64,000 nucleotides of DNA from Ruditapes philippinarum (taxonomy: Eukaryota), in NCBI RefSeq assembly GCF_026571515.1, contig NW_026864183.1:62001-126000 (forward strand). Direction: 5' to 3'. Below are positions 13,332-25,984 of the stretch, piece by piece (within the stretch, counting starts at the first letter, position 1; every line of letters starts with the position of its first letter). The notes beneath the pieces were generated by a model that made no database searches, was not told where the DNA came from, and saw only the letters and a program-made list of their open reading frames with translations. Position numbers and translations under genes: made by a program.

Positions 13332-14972
13332 TTAATGCAGGCAGCTTTCATGTTGTTGTTCACAAGCATGTTTGTGGTCTTTACTTTTTTTATATTTTTA
13401 TACACTTTTAACTATTTCTACTGCCTCATAATTTACAATGGTTTATTTAGTTTTGTCTTTCTCCACAATATCATCCATAATACTAAATGTAAGTTAAATC
13501 AAAAGACCGCAGTATTCACAAGTTTTTAGATAATCGGGCAGCACATTTTTAATGAGTGTTAAGGGAGAAGACTTTTGACCAATAGTGTCTATTCTGTCAT
13601 CTTCCTTATATGCCCTTGACAGGTCCTTCACTTTTACGAGACATTCATTGCCAGTTGACCATTTCCTTTAAGTGTTAAGACAATTGGTAGCTTATTTGGT
13701 ATCTCCTTAAATGATGCAGCTGTATGTTTTTGCCATATCATCTGGGGGTCGTACACAGACATTGTGGTATTGTCGTGTGGTATTTGCCGGCATGACATAC
13801 ACTGTTCGTAGACGACTTCACGATATGATCACCCAATGGCTGCCAGTTTTGTCCATTTTAGCCTTGTTTAGGTCTGCATAGGCATACTACCCTACATACC
13901 GATCTTTGTCTAATTTTCTATGTCTGTAATATCAACCTTTAAAAGTTTCCTTACAGTAACACAATGATCGGGAATATATTTAATGATGAAAACTGTATGA
14001 CATCATACATACGATCGGAATCGTTTAATTACTGCAATTACTTGGCATGCCCATGAACTTTCAAGAAATACAATCACTTTTCACCTTAAATAGTTTAACT
14101 TTATATTTGTTCCCCTTATCTTGAAGCAGAAGATTAAGAATCACTGTCAGTTGCATGCCACTTGGACCAACAGTATTACTTTCAAAACACAATACGAGCA
14201 GCTGAAACTTTAATACAAGCTATTGAAATTACATATAGCTAGCTTGGAGTTAATAATTATATAAATTTGGCACTGATTAATTCGTCACATAACTTTGACT
14301 CGATAAAAATATGTAATCTTGTAATCGTGGCACATATTCTTGGTGGTCTCCATTTTTGGGCGAGAAAATTGTGGCATTCAATGTTATAATGTATAATAAA
14401 AGTTCAGCTAGCTATCATGAATTTTAAAGTACACTATCAACATAAATAATGATGGACTCTATAGATGAACTATATACCGAGTAATTTATTCATATTGATG
14501 CTTAAAGAATTGCAATTACTTAGAGTAATCTTTTATTAAATGGAATAGTTGCTTTCGCTGGTTTTATAACTGAAACGGACACTTAATTAGATTTAGATCT
14601 ATATAAACCATTACATGTTATTTCAACTTTCATGGTAAGATTGAAATGAATTAAAACTACCTTTATCATTGGAATCGAAAGAGGAATGAATATGGTTATT
14701 TATGATATAACATATATTTGTATCTTAAAAAAACAACAAAAAGCAACAACATGTATTTTCCAAAAAAAATGCCATGACCTAGTTACTATTTTTACCTTTT
14801 TTACAAAGAAAAATGATGGTTTATAATTAACTTAATCCGATTTTTAGAAGTCAAGATATTGTGCTATCTTTAGTAAACACATTTATCTAATCTCATTGGG
14901 CAGATTTGATAAACGTGACTGTAAACATACTGTATTTGTTACATTACGATTTATGCAGTTCCTTTGTGAATT

Positions 14973-17900
14973 ATGGATGTCCGTGATTACATTATTTACT
15001 CAGAGTCAGCTGTGTTGGTTATTGGAATTATTGTAGTGATAATTGAATCCATACGCCAGTGTTTAAGGTACGTATATGAGCCGCGTCACGACAAAACCAA
15101 TAAAATGAGTTTGCGGCCAGCATGGATCAAGACCAGCCTGCGCATCCGCGCAGTCTGACCAGGATCCGTGCTGTTTGCTATCAGTTTCTCTACTTTTTAT
15201 AGGGTCTGTAAGCGAACAGCATGGATCCTTATCAGACTGCGCGGATGCGCAGGCTGGTCTGGATCCATGCTCGTCGCAAACCCACTACGTTGGTTTTGTA
15301 ATGGGGCAGCTCATATTTCTATACTGTTATCCTAAACTCTTATCTCTTTATTTGATGCAACCAAATGCCGTCTGCAGGTTTCGCACTTCAATTTGTCATC
15401 ACTTTCTCAAATGTTCTTGTTTTATAATGTTTTCTTCCTAAAAATGATTTGTAACTGCTTTCGATATAAAAAGCACCATTTTTCACATCAAATAATTATA
15501 AGACTATTATTACATTATCACAGACGTCGCAAGGTGCGCTCTCACGACTTGGAGCGAAACTGTCATGAACGCTGTGCACATATAAATAGGTAAGCATAAC
15601 ACTTATCATGTAATGGTATAATATTGTTTGATTGATAGTCATAGACATGTGCCATGAAAAGTGCTGTTCTTGTGAATCTTTGTATCATATACTAGCTGTT
15701 GCAACCAAACCTGTATTAAGGAAAAATATGGTTTCATGCAGACTATTTTGGGATCTTACAAATGTAACATTTGTGCTTTTTCATCAAATATGTATGACAA
15801 GTGTTTTTTGAATTCAACCTGATTTTCTGTCTGTCAAGTAGCATTTTGTAAATTTGACGTGGATATATTTTGCAATGTAGATGTAAAGGTTACTATACAG
15901 TATAGAAGGTACGATTTATTTTTTAATTTTGAACATGGCATTTCCAAAGCCCTATATTGTTTTATAGATTATTGTTGCAACTATTGGATCATACGCTGCT
16001 GTAAATTATTCTTCATTCCGTTTTAAGGGTAGACAAAATAAATATAAAGCCTGCAAAATTAATTGACAGGCTGGTACCGTAGAGTACATGTATATATATA
16101 TAATTGATCTTATTAGGTTCAATGAAGCTGAATCAGAATGGAAGACGGCGAAGACAATCCTACAAAATAAACTTAAACTAGAGGAAAATGAAAAAAAAGA
16201 TTTTTTAAAACGGTAAACCTTCCTCGCTCTTAAAAATATACAAATGCTTACATTGAATGGGTATTTCCAGCTATTGACTAAGTCTGTTTACTGGCATTAT
16301 AAACAGTATTGTCAAACATCTTTAGTATGTCCTTTTAGAAAACAACCTGTATTGTAAAATATCCATGTTTATTGTACTTCCTCTTTTTTCTGTATGAATA
16401 TGTGAAGTCTTAATTTGACCAAAAACATGGGCAGCGTTTCCTTTTTTATATTAAATTTCAGGAAAGCCTCATTTACATCTTGATATCAACATTATGTCAT
16501 CTAATATTTATTATATTTTTGCATAATTTTTCATAATTTTCATATATTGAAGATATAGAACACTGAATTAAGAAAATATAATTTGATTATTCAATAGATA
16601 TCAAAGAATCAACCAGGTACAAGATGAACTTACAAAGAAAAAAGCTAAGAGGGAATGCGTTATTAAACTACAATCTATTTTCCTTAAAGCTTGAGAAGTT
16701 ACTTGTATTTCATTTATTCAATTATATAATTAGATTGAAATGACGAATAAATACCATAGTCAAGTTATCTTTATTAGGTTTAAAAATGCTGAAGAAGAAT
16801 GGAAAAGACAGATGTTAGGCCTGCACAATGAGCTTACAAAGGAAAAAGAAATTAAAGATGATGCATTGAAAATGTAATTATTATTTTTTGCTTTTAACTA
16901 TTGGTTTATAATGACACCTCTTTCCCAATATTTTAATCTATTGAACTCTTTACCTACGAAAGGAATAAGCGTAATGTAAGATGAGAATATTGAATGTTGA
17001 ATATTATGATTTATTTCAAGATTAACATTTTTTCGTCGGGATTGGAAAATACAATGGTAATTTACTGTTAATGTTGAAAATATTTAGACAGAAAGCAATT
17101 TGTTTCAATAAAATATTCATGAAACAACAGTACTTTATTCCTTTAAGTTTGAGAAATTATATTAACTTATATTTTATTTTATTCAATGATGTATTTAAAA
17201 TGAAACAATGAGCAATTATCATAGTCAAGTTATCCTTGTTAGGTTCAAAGATGCTGAAACAGAATGGAATAGACAGGTGTTAAGCCTACATGATGAACTT
17301 ACAAAGGAGAAAAAAGTTAAAGAAAATGCATTGAAAAGGTCTTCTTAATTTAATATTGAACTTGTCCTGTGTTATACTTGGAGATTTTCCATCATCTATG
17401 TAAGGGATTCATATATCAAACTGTGTAATAACAGCCAACATAATCATGCTTACTGATATAAGTAGTTTACTAAACTAAAGTTGAAATCACGAGGCAAATG
17501 TCTCGTCTTTGAAGAAAGACTTTTGTGCTTTAAACTATTGGTTTTTAATGACGTCCCTTTCCCATTTTTCAAATCTATTGAACTCTTTACCTACGAAAGG
17601 AATAAGCGTAAGGTATGATGAAAATGTTTACGCTATTTACACATGTGATTTATTTAAATAATGATTTTTTTCATCGGGATTGGAAATTACAATGGCATTT
17701 TAATAATAATGTTAATTTTTTTTAGAAAGAAAGTATTTGTTTCAAGAAAATGTTTACAATAACAATCGCTTATTCAATTTTTTTTTCAAAATATGTAAGT
17801 ACAATGATGAAATATAATCGTCATCAATATGATCTAATTAGGATCACTGAAACAGAAGCTGAATGGAGGAATAAGGTGTCAATCCTGCAAGATGAACTTA

Positions 17901-20005
17901 GAAAGGAGGCACTAGAAAAGGACGATGCGTTGAAACGGTAAAATTCATTTTGAAAAAATAACAGCTAAATTGTTGAATAATATTTATATCGATTTGTGAC
18001 TTTTGTCACGTTTAACTTTTCAAGCATTTGTCAAATTACTATATTGTAAATAATTTCAAATTATTTAAGTACATTTTAACATCCTAAGTGTCAAAATGTA
18101 AGTACATTTTTAACAGCCTAAGTGCCATAATGGCGAATCGTTTGAAGGACGGCAACCCTAATGTAGTAGATCTGAGCGACCAAAATCGTCCAGGAAAATT
18201 GGGAGAACAGTTTACTGAACTTTACGACAATCAATGGACGGATGCCTACGGTGCTATAGATGATTTCTTTGGGAAAGCTAAAAGTGAGCCAGAAATTATT
18301 AAGATTCTTGTTGAAATTTTTGAGGTAATTATATGTACTTTCTATTTGATTACTTATTCGTTTTTAATATGTCTAATGTTTTTAGATGTACAATTTCCTA
18401 ATTTATAATAAAATGCACGTTACTCAGTTGCCATCTCTTTACAAAGGAGGTTAGTCTATTAAGTTGAACATGTTTACGCAATGCTTAAATTGATATCATA
18501 CAGTCTGCATCTCCTTTAAAAATAACAGTTATAAAGCCCTCGTCGTCGACAGACCCGACTAGGACAATATTTAAATGTGTCAAAAATATATAACATACCT
18601 TAAGTATCACACATAGGAACATTTGAAAGGAAATGCTACATAACACTGGAATATTTCAGAAATGTTTTACGGAATGCAAAGCTCTATCTGGAAACCAGAT
18701 GGATCAGCTGAATGACAACGTGTCTTGTATTGCTTCTATTATCACAAAGGTACGAGCTATTGAAATTTAAGCTAGTTTTATGCTTTGTTCAGTCCCCGAA
18801 AACTTTAGTATAAACTGAATAAGTGAGTCCAAATTTCGATTACCTTCATATTAAAATATTAAAATGCCAACAGTAATGTCGCCAATATTTATAATACAAT
18901 TGTTTGGTAGTAATCGACAGCTCGTGGACATACGACAACAAAAACAAGAGAAATAAACAAAAATAATCATAATGATAATCTTTCATTTTTTCTTTTGGCA
19001 CATTTTAGTTACCAATCTCGGAACTTTCTGACGGTATTAATAAAAAATCAAAGGTATTTAAGTACAAATATGCGTCAAACGAAAAAGAATAGAAATGGAG
19101 CTCAATCTTCTATAGAATTCTGACATTATCTACTTCTTCGATTTTTTTATTAGATAATGCTGTTATCTAAAATGCTGAGTTAGGTTGGAAGGGAGGGAAG
19201 ACGTAAACCATTCATTCTTCTAACCCAAAATACAAAATGACCGAAGATGAACTTTGTAACATTATCACTAAATATAAAATTTAACATAATGAACTCGGGT
19301 ATTACAACTATTATTCCAGAAAGACAACAATCTTCCAACCGATCTAATGCAGCGCATAAAAGAAGAAAGGAAAGCGTTTGCCGTTGACGAGGTTCCAGAT
19401 TTAACAGTGGTAAGTAAAATTTATATATCTCTATAATCATAGTCGAGTAACATTTATCTTGGTCAGTGACATATATCTTTAAATCTTAAGATTATCAGAG
19501 TAAATTTTAATGAAATACCTCTAGCATTTAACGAGACATGCACTCTCATTGATATCATAAACTAAATTTTATGCCGACGGCAATCCTTAGTAAGATAGCC
19601 CCTACTTTCCTTTAAAAAGTTGAGCTACATATTACATTATTCAAAGATATGTTAGCGTTTTTTACCCCTTTTGCACATAAACAGCAGGTTTAAAAATTAT
19701 TGGTGTTCCAGATTCTGCCTACTCTCAAAACGAGTTTCTCATCGAAAAACCAAGAAGTTGGATTGCTTGATGAACAGCATCTTATTGTGTATATCAAAGA
19801 ATGCCTGAAGCTTTCGTGGTTAATGGTTATACAAGACCCACCAATGGCTATAGTACTTAAACCTGAAACCGATACATATGAAAACTTTAAAGCATACAAG
19901 ACTAGAGGCAAATTTTTAAAATATATAGTATGGCCAGCGTTGCTTCTGATGGAAGGAGGTCCATTGGTAACGAAAGGTGTTGCGGAATTTACTTCAGAAA
20001 CATGA
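14973..20005 (+). CDS. TM-anchored coiled-coil MIEAP-domain protein, copy B (~408 aa if all 10 exons are used)
   Basis: Exons 14973-15067 (TM), 15524-15589, four 96-nt coiled-coil exons 16117-16212, 16778-16873, 17243-17338, 17842-17937, then 18117-18324, 18660-18749, 19320-19409, 19712-20005; the TM exon and head exons (95/208/90/90 nt) match copy A in size; 1227 nt open. Confidence 0.85.
15074..15316. mobile_element. Palindromic MITE (~240 bp)
   Basis: Arms atatgagccg..aaaaccaa..cagcatggatcaagaccagcctgcgcatccgcgcagtctga are the reverse complement of tcagactgcgcggatgcgcaggctggtctggatccatgct..ttggtttt..gctcatat; decayed relatives at ~42.8, ~45.85 and ~53.2 kb. Confidence 0.85.
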
Positions 20006-21113
20006 CGATGAAATATTGATAAACTACATTTGTGCAGTAAATTAAGAACGTGTAGCGCAAAGAAAATATTAATATTATAGTTCCAAATTTAAGTACCAAA
20101 TGCACTTGGAATATTTAAACATTTAAAAGATTCAAAGTTAGAATGTTAAAAGGGACATAGATAATAGGTTAAGATTAAATCCAATCATTTCCGTTCATAA
20201 TTTTGATGCTCTTTCCAAAACAAAAGGTAAATTTCTTTATATGTTTTTATGATAATATCCTTGTGGCATTTAATAAAGAACATTTGCTATCGCACACTCA
20301 TGAACAAACGTGTTTTGTCACAAGATACATTATAGAATAAATTAAGGTATATACAGACATGGTATATACAGACATACGTTTTGCAGGAGTTTTCAAGTTT
20401 TTTTGTGTTTATTCTCTTTTGTATATAGTATAGGTTTAAAAATGTATGTTCTGTTTCAATGTTTATTTTTGTATGAGATTTATTATGTATATAAATTGTT
20501 TGCCATTGATATTATATGTGACCCATGTACTTGTATATACTATTAAATTTGTTGCCTTGTCTACTGGCTTCGTGAAATAAAGACATGAAAATATTTCCTT
20601 TGATGATTGCTTTTCGAAAATTTATATACCAATGCTTCACCTGTATGACTTCCATCAAAGAAGAATAAGTGAAAGGTAAATTACTTTATTGGTACCTTAA
20701 ATGTTGCCAAACATGACAAAAATTAATATTTTGTAGGTACGGTTTGTTTTATTTTGTATTGATTAATGTAACATTCCCTCCATATCTATAGAACCTTATT
20801 AAACAATATAATTCAACAATAAAATATGATTTAAACTATGCAATTTAAAAGTAATCATTTGCAAGGTCCGCATATTTATTCATGCGGAGGCAATCATATG
20901 TTACTATACATACTATATGACACTTATAACCTTGAAGAAAAATATACTACAAATGAGAACAATGAGAAAGTTAAATAACAATATAATTAGTTTCAGTTTA
21001 GGTTACAAATTAAAACGGCCCTTGTTTTCAATTGATTACATTTTGAAAATTTGTAGTAGCATGAGAGTTATCATTTTACTATTTTCCTTCAATATAGAAG
21101 AATATTTTGTTTA

Positions 21114-21472
21114 AGGGACTCCACTGAGGTTTAAAAGCCTAAAAAACATAACATTTGAATTTCTTACATGAACGAGCTTGGGAACTTTAAACAGAAATAT
21201 ATGCAAAGAAAGTTACGAAATATACTTTGAAACAAATTGAAAATCGTATTTTTAAGCTTTTCTTAGCCCGATTGGAGTGAAAAGCGTTTAAACGCTTTTC
21301 ATTTTGGGTCATTTTTTTTACAATTTGAATCATTATTCTGGAAAAACGAAGTGCGCGAATGATCTGAAATTTTGCACAAAGATTAGTGGTCTAAACCTAT
21401 ACCAAATGGTACATTTTTCTGGAAAAAAATATTTTTAGTCCCATCATGTCCAAAAACCACAGTGGAGTCCCT
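21114..21472. mobile_element. Kolobok-like MITE (~360 bp)
   Basis: AGGGACTCCACTGAGGTTT ... AAACCACAGTGGAGTCCCT|TTAA. Confidence 0.75.
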
Positions 21473-22112
21473 TTAATGAAACTTACAAATAGAATTAATT
21501 TAAGCGTGCGTGAGATAAAACATTTACGCAATAACAAATTGATAAAGACCAATGTTATCATCAAATGTAATCTTATTTGGTTTCATTATTTTGAAATCAA
21601 ATCAGTGATGGACATAACTAATGTAACATGAGTTTCAGAAAATGATCGCAATCAACATTGAAAAAATGTAAGTATTTATTTATATATTATATTTCAAAAA
21701 TGTTTGTTAATTTTTATTTATATGTTTTATTCATTATGTGATCTAGTTTTTGACATGAGACGCTCCCTTGTTATCTAATTATGAGCAATAATCTACGATG
21801 TAAAGGATAGTACACACTCATCATCACTTCGTGTAGGTTCGGAAAATTCCGTTAAATTTCGTGATAAAGATATGCGAGCATGCAATTACTGGGACGAAAA
21901 CGTGTTTTTGATTTCTAAATAATTTTGATATATTGAAAGTGACAATGTTTAACCACTTATATGAATTGATTGATCCTTTTGTCAAGGATTTATACTGATA
22001 TTTCAGATTTTTTGAAAGATATATAATAAAAATTAATATCACTCACAAGAAATGATAACTGTATCTCTAAATGATCTTTTTTCACTCATTTCACAGAAAG
22101 TAATGGACAAAT

Positions 22113-25100
22113 ATGGAAACCATTGATTGTATCATTTACACGTTGTCGGCGGTTCTTAGCATTGAGATAATTGCACTTGCGTTTGTATTCATAAGTATTC
22201 GTACTGGGTATGTATCTTCATAAAATATGATAAACGTTTGAAATATAACCGTTTCGTTAATCATCTTAAAAATATTTGTCAGTAGTTTGTTTAATAAATT
22301 TCAAATTAGAATTTTTTACACACCTGTACCTTGGTTTTCATCATAAATATTGCACTTTTCCAATTAATCTAGATGTTTATCATAAATATTAAATAACGTA
22401 TTCTGACTAAGAAATATCATAAATTTACAAAATGAAAATCAAGCAAGCAGACAGGAGAAAAAGCAAAATTAAAAAGCCCAAACTAGTCAAAACTTGAATA
22501 CAATCAGAAAGGTGCTACTAGCCTAGCTCACAATGTTAGACCCCTTATAAATAATACCTTTATTTACAATGGATGAACACTTCTAGAATTTCAGTCTAAC
22601 ACCTTTAAACACATTTGAAATTTGAATAAACAAATAAGTAACGGGATACACAGGGCGACATACGTGACCTAAGCTATTTGAAGCGCTATAAATTCTTAAA
22701 CGTTATTTTGTTTTTGAGAAGAAAATATGCTACACCAAGATTTCTTATCAATTTACGAAAATCAGTAGAATTTAATATATGCAATGTATCATAACTTAAC
22801 AAATGGCAATAAGTGTGTTAATTGTATCAAATATAAACCTTATTTCGCTTATTACTTAAGTGTTTCCCCATTCTTTATATTTGTTTGTTTATATCATTTC
22901 TAGATTCAAGAAAGATAAAAAAGAATTGGAAAGGCAAATATTTCACCTGCAAGCTGAACTTATCAAGGAAAAACAAGAGCTTGACCATGCCTTGAAACGG
23001 TTAAGATAATTTATGCTACCCTGTTTAAAACTGAATTTAATATTTGTATTCATAAGAAAGGTTAAGTTCCCACTTGAACTTTTAATATAAAAATAACATT
23101 TAATTTGTTTTTTTTTGTTTTTTAACTTATATGGCCAATTGTCCAATTTCGTAGTAATTGCCTAGCAGACCCCTAAAAAGTAATATTTACCCTTTTTAAA
23201 ACAAAGTCTTATGTTTAAAGATAAAGAAGAGCTTCAAAAAGCACTTTTCTCTTAAAATTCGAATTCAGACTTAAATTTTACGTACATGTACTTTAATGTT
23301 CCTCTTCTTAGTTATGTTAGTTACTGCATTAGCACCAAAACTGACCCTCTCTGACGTCACTCCATACATTTAAATACATCGTATTGACTTTCGAGTCACT
23401 CTGAATTAGGAATAACAAAAGCTAATATCAAGAGCGTGACATTGCCAAATTGTTTGCTACAGTATTGTGTAAATCATACTCTTGGCATTCCATTTTAATT
23501 ACTTTTGTTACATATTGATTAATCTTTTAAAACTCCTGTCAATTTTGAAACTAAAAGGGTTATACATTTTATGTAACATAACCTTATTTTGTCAACTTCC
23601 AAGGGTACAATTTATCTTTGTAGGGGTATTTAATTTCCAAAACATTTACCTTTTTACCTTTTACATGGCCTAGAGCCCACTATAAGCACTGTCATCACAA
23701 CGTCGATAGGCTACTGTTTTTAACCTTTGAAACGTTTGGCCTATAATTTTTATGTTTATGCTGTCTATTTGAGCAGAAAAAAACAAGTTTTTATATCTCC
23801 CTTCATAAACAAGCACTATGTGTCTTTGAAAAAGCACCAAAGCTGTACATCATTATTACTCTTAAATGTTATTGTATTATGTAAGATAGGTATTGAATTA
23901 TTATTTTTTTACAAGATTTATATCAGCATGCATGATGAATAATCAATCATTCGTGAAATAATAATTACAATAACCTTAATAGGGCTTCAAAAGCAGAAGC
24001 TGAATTAACGAGAGAGAAGATACGCAAACAGGAGAACATAGAACAAGAAGATGCCTTAAGACAAACAGCAAGCCTACAAGAAGAACTTCAGAGGGAGATT
24101 TCAAAGAAAGAAAATGCATTAAGACTGATAACACGCTTACAAGAAATAATTAGAAGGGAGAATTTAGAAAAAGAGAATGCCTTGAGACAGAGAGCATATC
24201 TAAAAGAGGAGCTTACAATAGAGAATATAGCGAAAGAAAACGCCTTAAGACAGAATGCACGCCTGCAAGAAGAACTAAAACAGGAAAGGTTAGAGAAAGA
24301 AGATGCATTATTACAGATAGCACGCCTGCAAGAAAAAAATAGAGGGGAAAATGTATAAAAAATGCCTTAAAACGGTAAAAGTTTTATTTATGCTATATAG
24401 TTTTATCGATATTTGATTATTAATACTTAATAACTAATGTAATTCAACTTATCTTACATCTTAATAGTGAAAATAATTAAAATAATTTATTACTAATTCC
24501 TTATTTCACAAGGTATATTATTCCAAACATTCATGGTCATTAGAAAGTTGTTATGAATAATGGTTGGTTTTGATGTTTTCAAATGTCATGATGAGAGATT
24601 GCTCTAAGTACGTTATTTGTTACTTATAAGAAGTATTAATATTAATACGTATAAACAATAGAAATGTATAATTTGGATATTCTTACAAAATATGTCTTGC
24701 AAAAGTTAAATAGACTTCTCCGTGATTTAGTATGAACATTTATATGATAAAAATAATATTTTATGCTAGAACAGTTTATTTTCTGCGATACGAAGATATA
24801 TAAAGTCGAATCATGTATCGTATACTTATCAACAATATCCATATATATTTTTTATGGGCCTTCTCACTTAGGAAGTTAATATTTCTTTAAAATATCATGA
24901 AACTGTATTTGTAAAACTTAAAAGTTTCAGTTGGGAAAATAACGGGCTTTTGAAAAGTATTATTCTTGCTGCTTTTGTTGCAGCAATACATTCAAAAGAG
25001 ATCAGATTTAGCACCATTTTCCCCAAATATAGCAACAATAGTATAAAAAAAATCACTTCATGTATAAGAGAATTATAAAAATAAAACTATAAAAGCAGTG

Positions 25101-25984
25101 TACTACAGTTTATGTTTCCACATTACTTATCTTTATGGAATATCCATTTAAATGCCCATCAACATAACGGCACGAGATGACATGTGACATGTCCGTGATC
25201 TTAGAGTTTTTGTAAAAAAAAGTATAATATATGTATAGGTATTGCCGACTGCTCTATAAAATCATTGATTGGTATGTCTATGGATTTGTTTATTATCTGT
25301 TTTTTTGTGGGCAATGACGGTTATGCGTGGCTTAATAATGTGTTTTTGACATATAGTTAGAATATGGTAGAATAAAATGTTCTCTCACTTAAACTTTTGA
25401 AGGTGTATTCAAATTTGGGCCGATTTGACTTTAAATGGGCCGTTTTAACATGAAGTAAATTTGTCCAGAGGTGGATTTGACCGTAATCCTATGGACGATA
25501 TGAAGTTTCGTATAGGCTATCCGAAGCGTTTAATGAGATATGCTTGTCCTATGCAAATCTTCAACTGTCCATGACAGTGCTGATAAGGATGTCCAAGAAT
25601 GCTTTGCAAAGTTGAACCAAATACCACATCACTTCAAAATATTATAACGTCTCTTTATACCTACACACAGTAAAAGCATGTTTCAAATGATATTTCAGGT
25701 CAGATTTCGCCTTCATTGAAGAGGTCTTTCTTATCGAAAACCAGGATCAAAGATTTTCTCGTTATGTGTATACAAAGGAATGTCTGAAACTACCGTGGTT
25801 TATGGGGATACAAGAACAACCAAATGAAATAGTACTTGAACCTAAAGCCGATTCTTATGACAATGTTTAGGCATACAAGACAAAAAAGCAAATCATTTGA
25901 GTATATTGTATGGCCAGTGATGTTTCTAGTGGAAGTAGGTCCATTGATAATGGAGATGTTGAAGAGATTGATTCAGAAACATGA
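22113..25984 (+). pseudogene. MIEAP-domain paralogue copy C: truncated or pseudogenised (TM + coiled coil intact to a stop at 24356-24358)
   Basis: Exons 22113-22207 (METIDCIIYTLSAVLSIEIIALAFVFISIRTG), 22904-22999 (96 nt), 23983-24374 (63-bp repeats, TAA at 24356, 4 nt short of frame). No 208/90/90-nt exons found. Frameshifted last-exon relic at ~25704-25984 (KECLKLPWFMGIQEQP; FEYIVWPVMFLVEVGPLI). Confidence 0.8.
24046..24374 (+). repeat. Coding 63-bp (21-aa, three-heptad) tandem repeat, ~5 units
   Basis: DALRQTASLQEELQREISKKE / NALRLITRLQEIIRRENLEKE / NALRQRAYLKEELTIENIAKE / NALRQNARLQEELKQERLEKE / DALLQIARLQEKNRGENV*. Confidence 0.9.

Noticed and set aside
13560-14080. Possible decayed Cys-containing (sushi-like) coding sequence on the minus strand (VCHAGKYHTTIPQC)
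   Set aside because: Multiple stops, no clear splice sites, and the motif match is too weak to call
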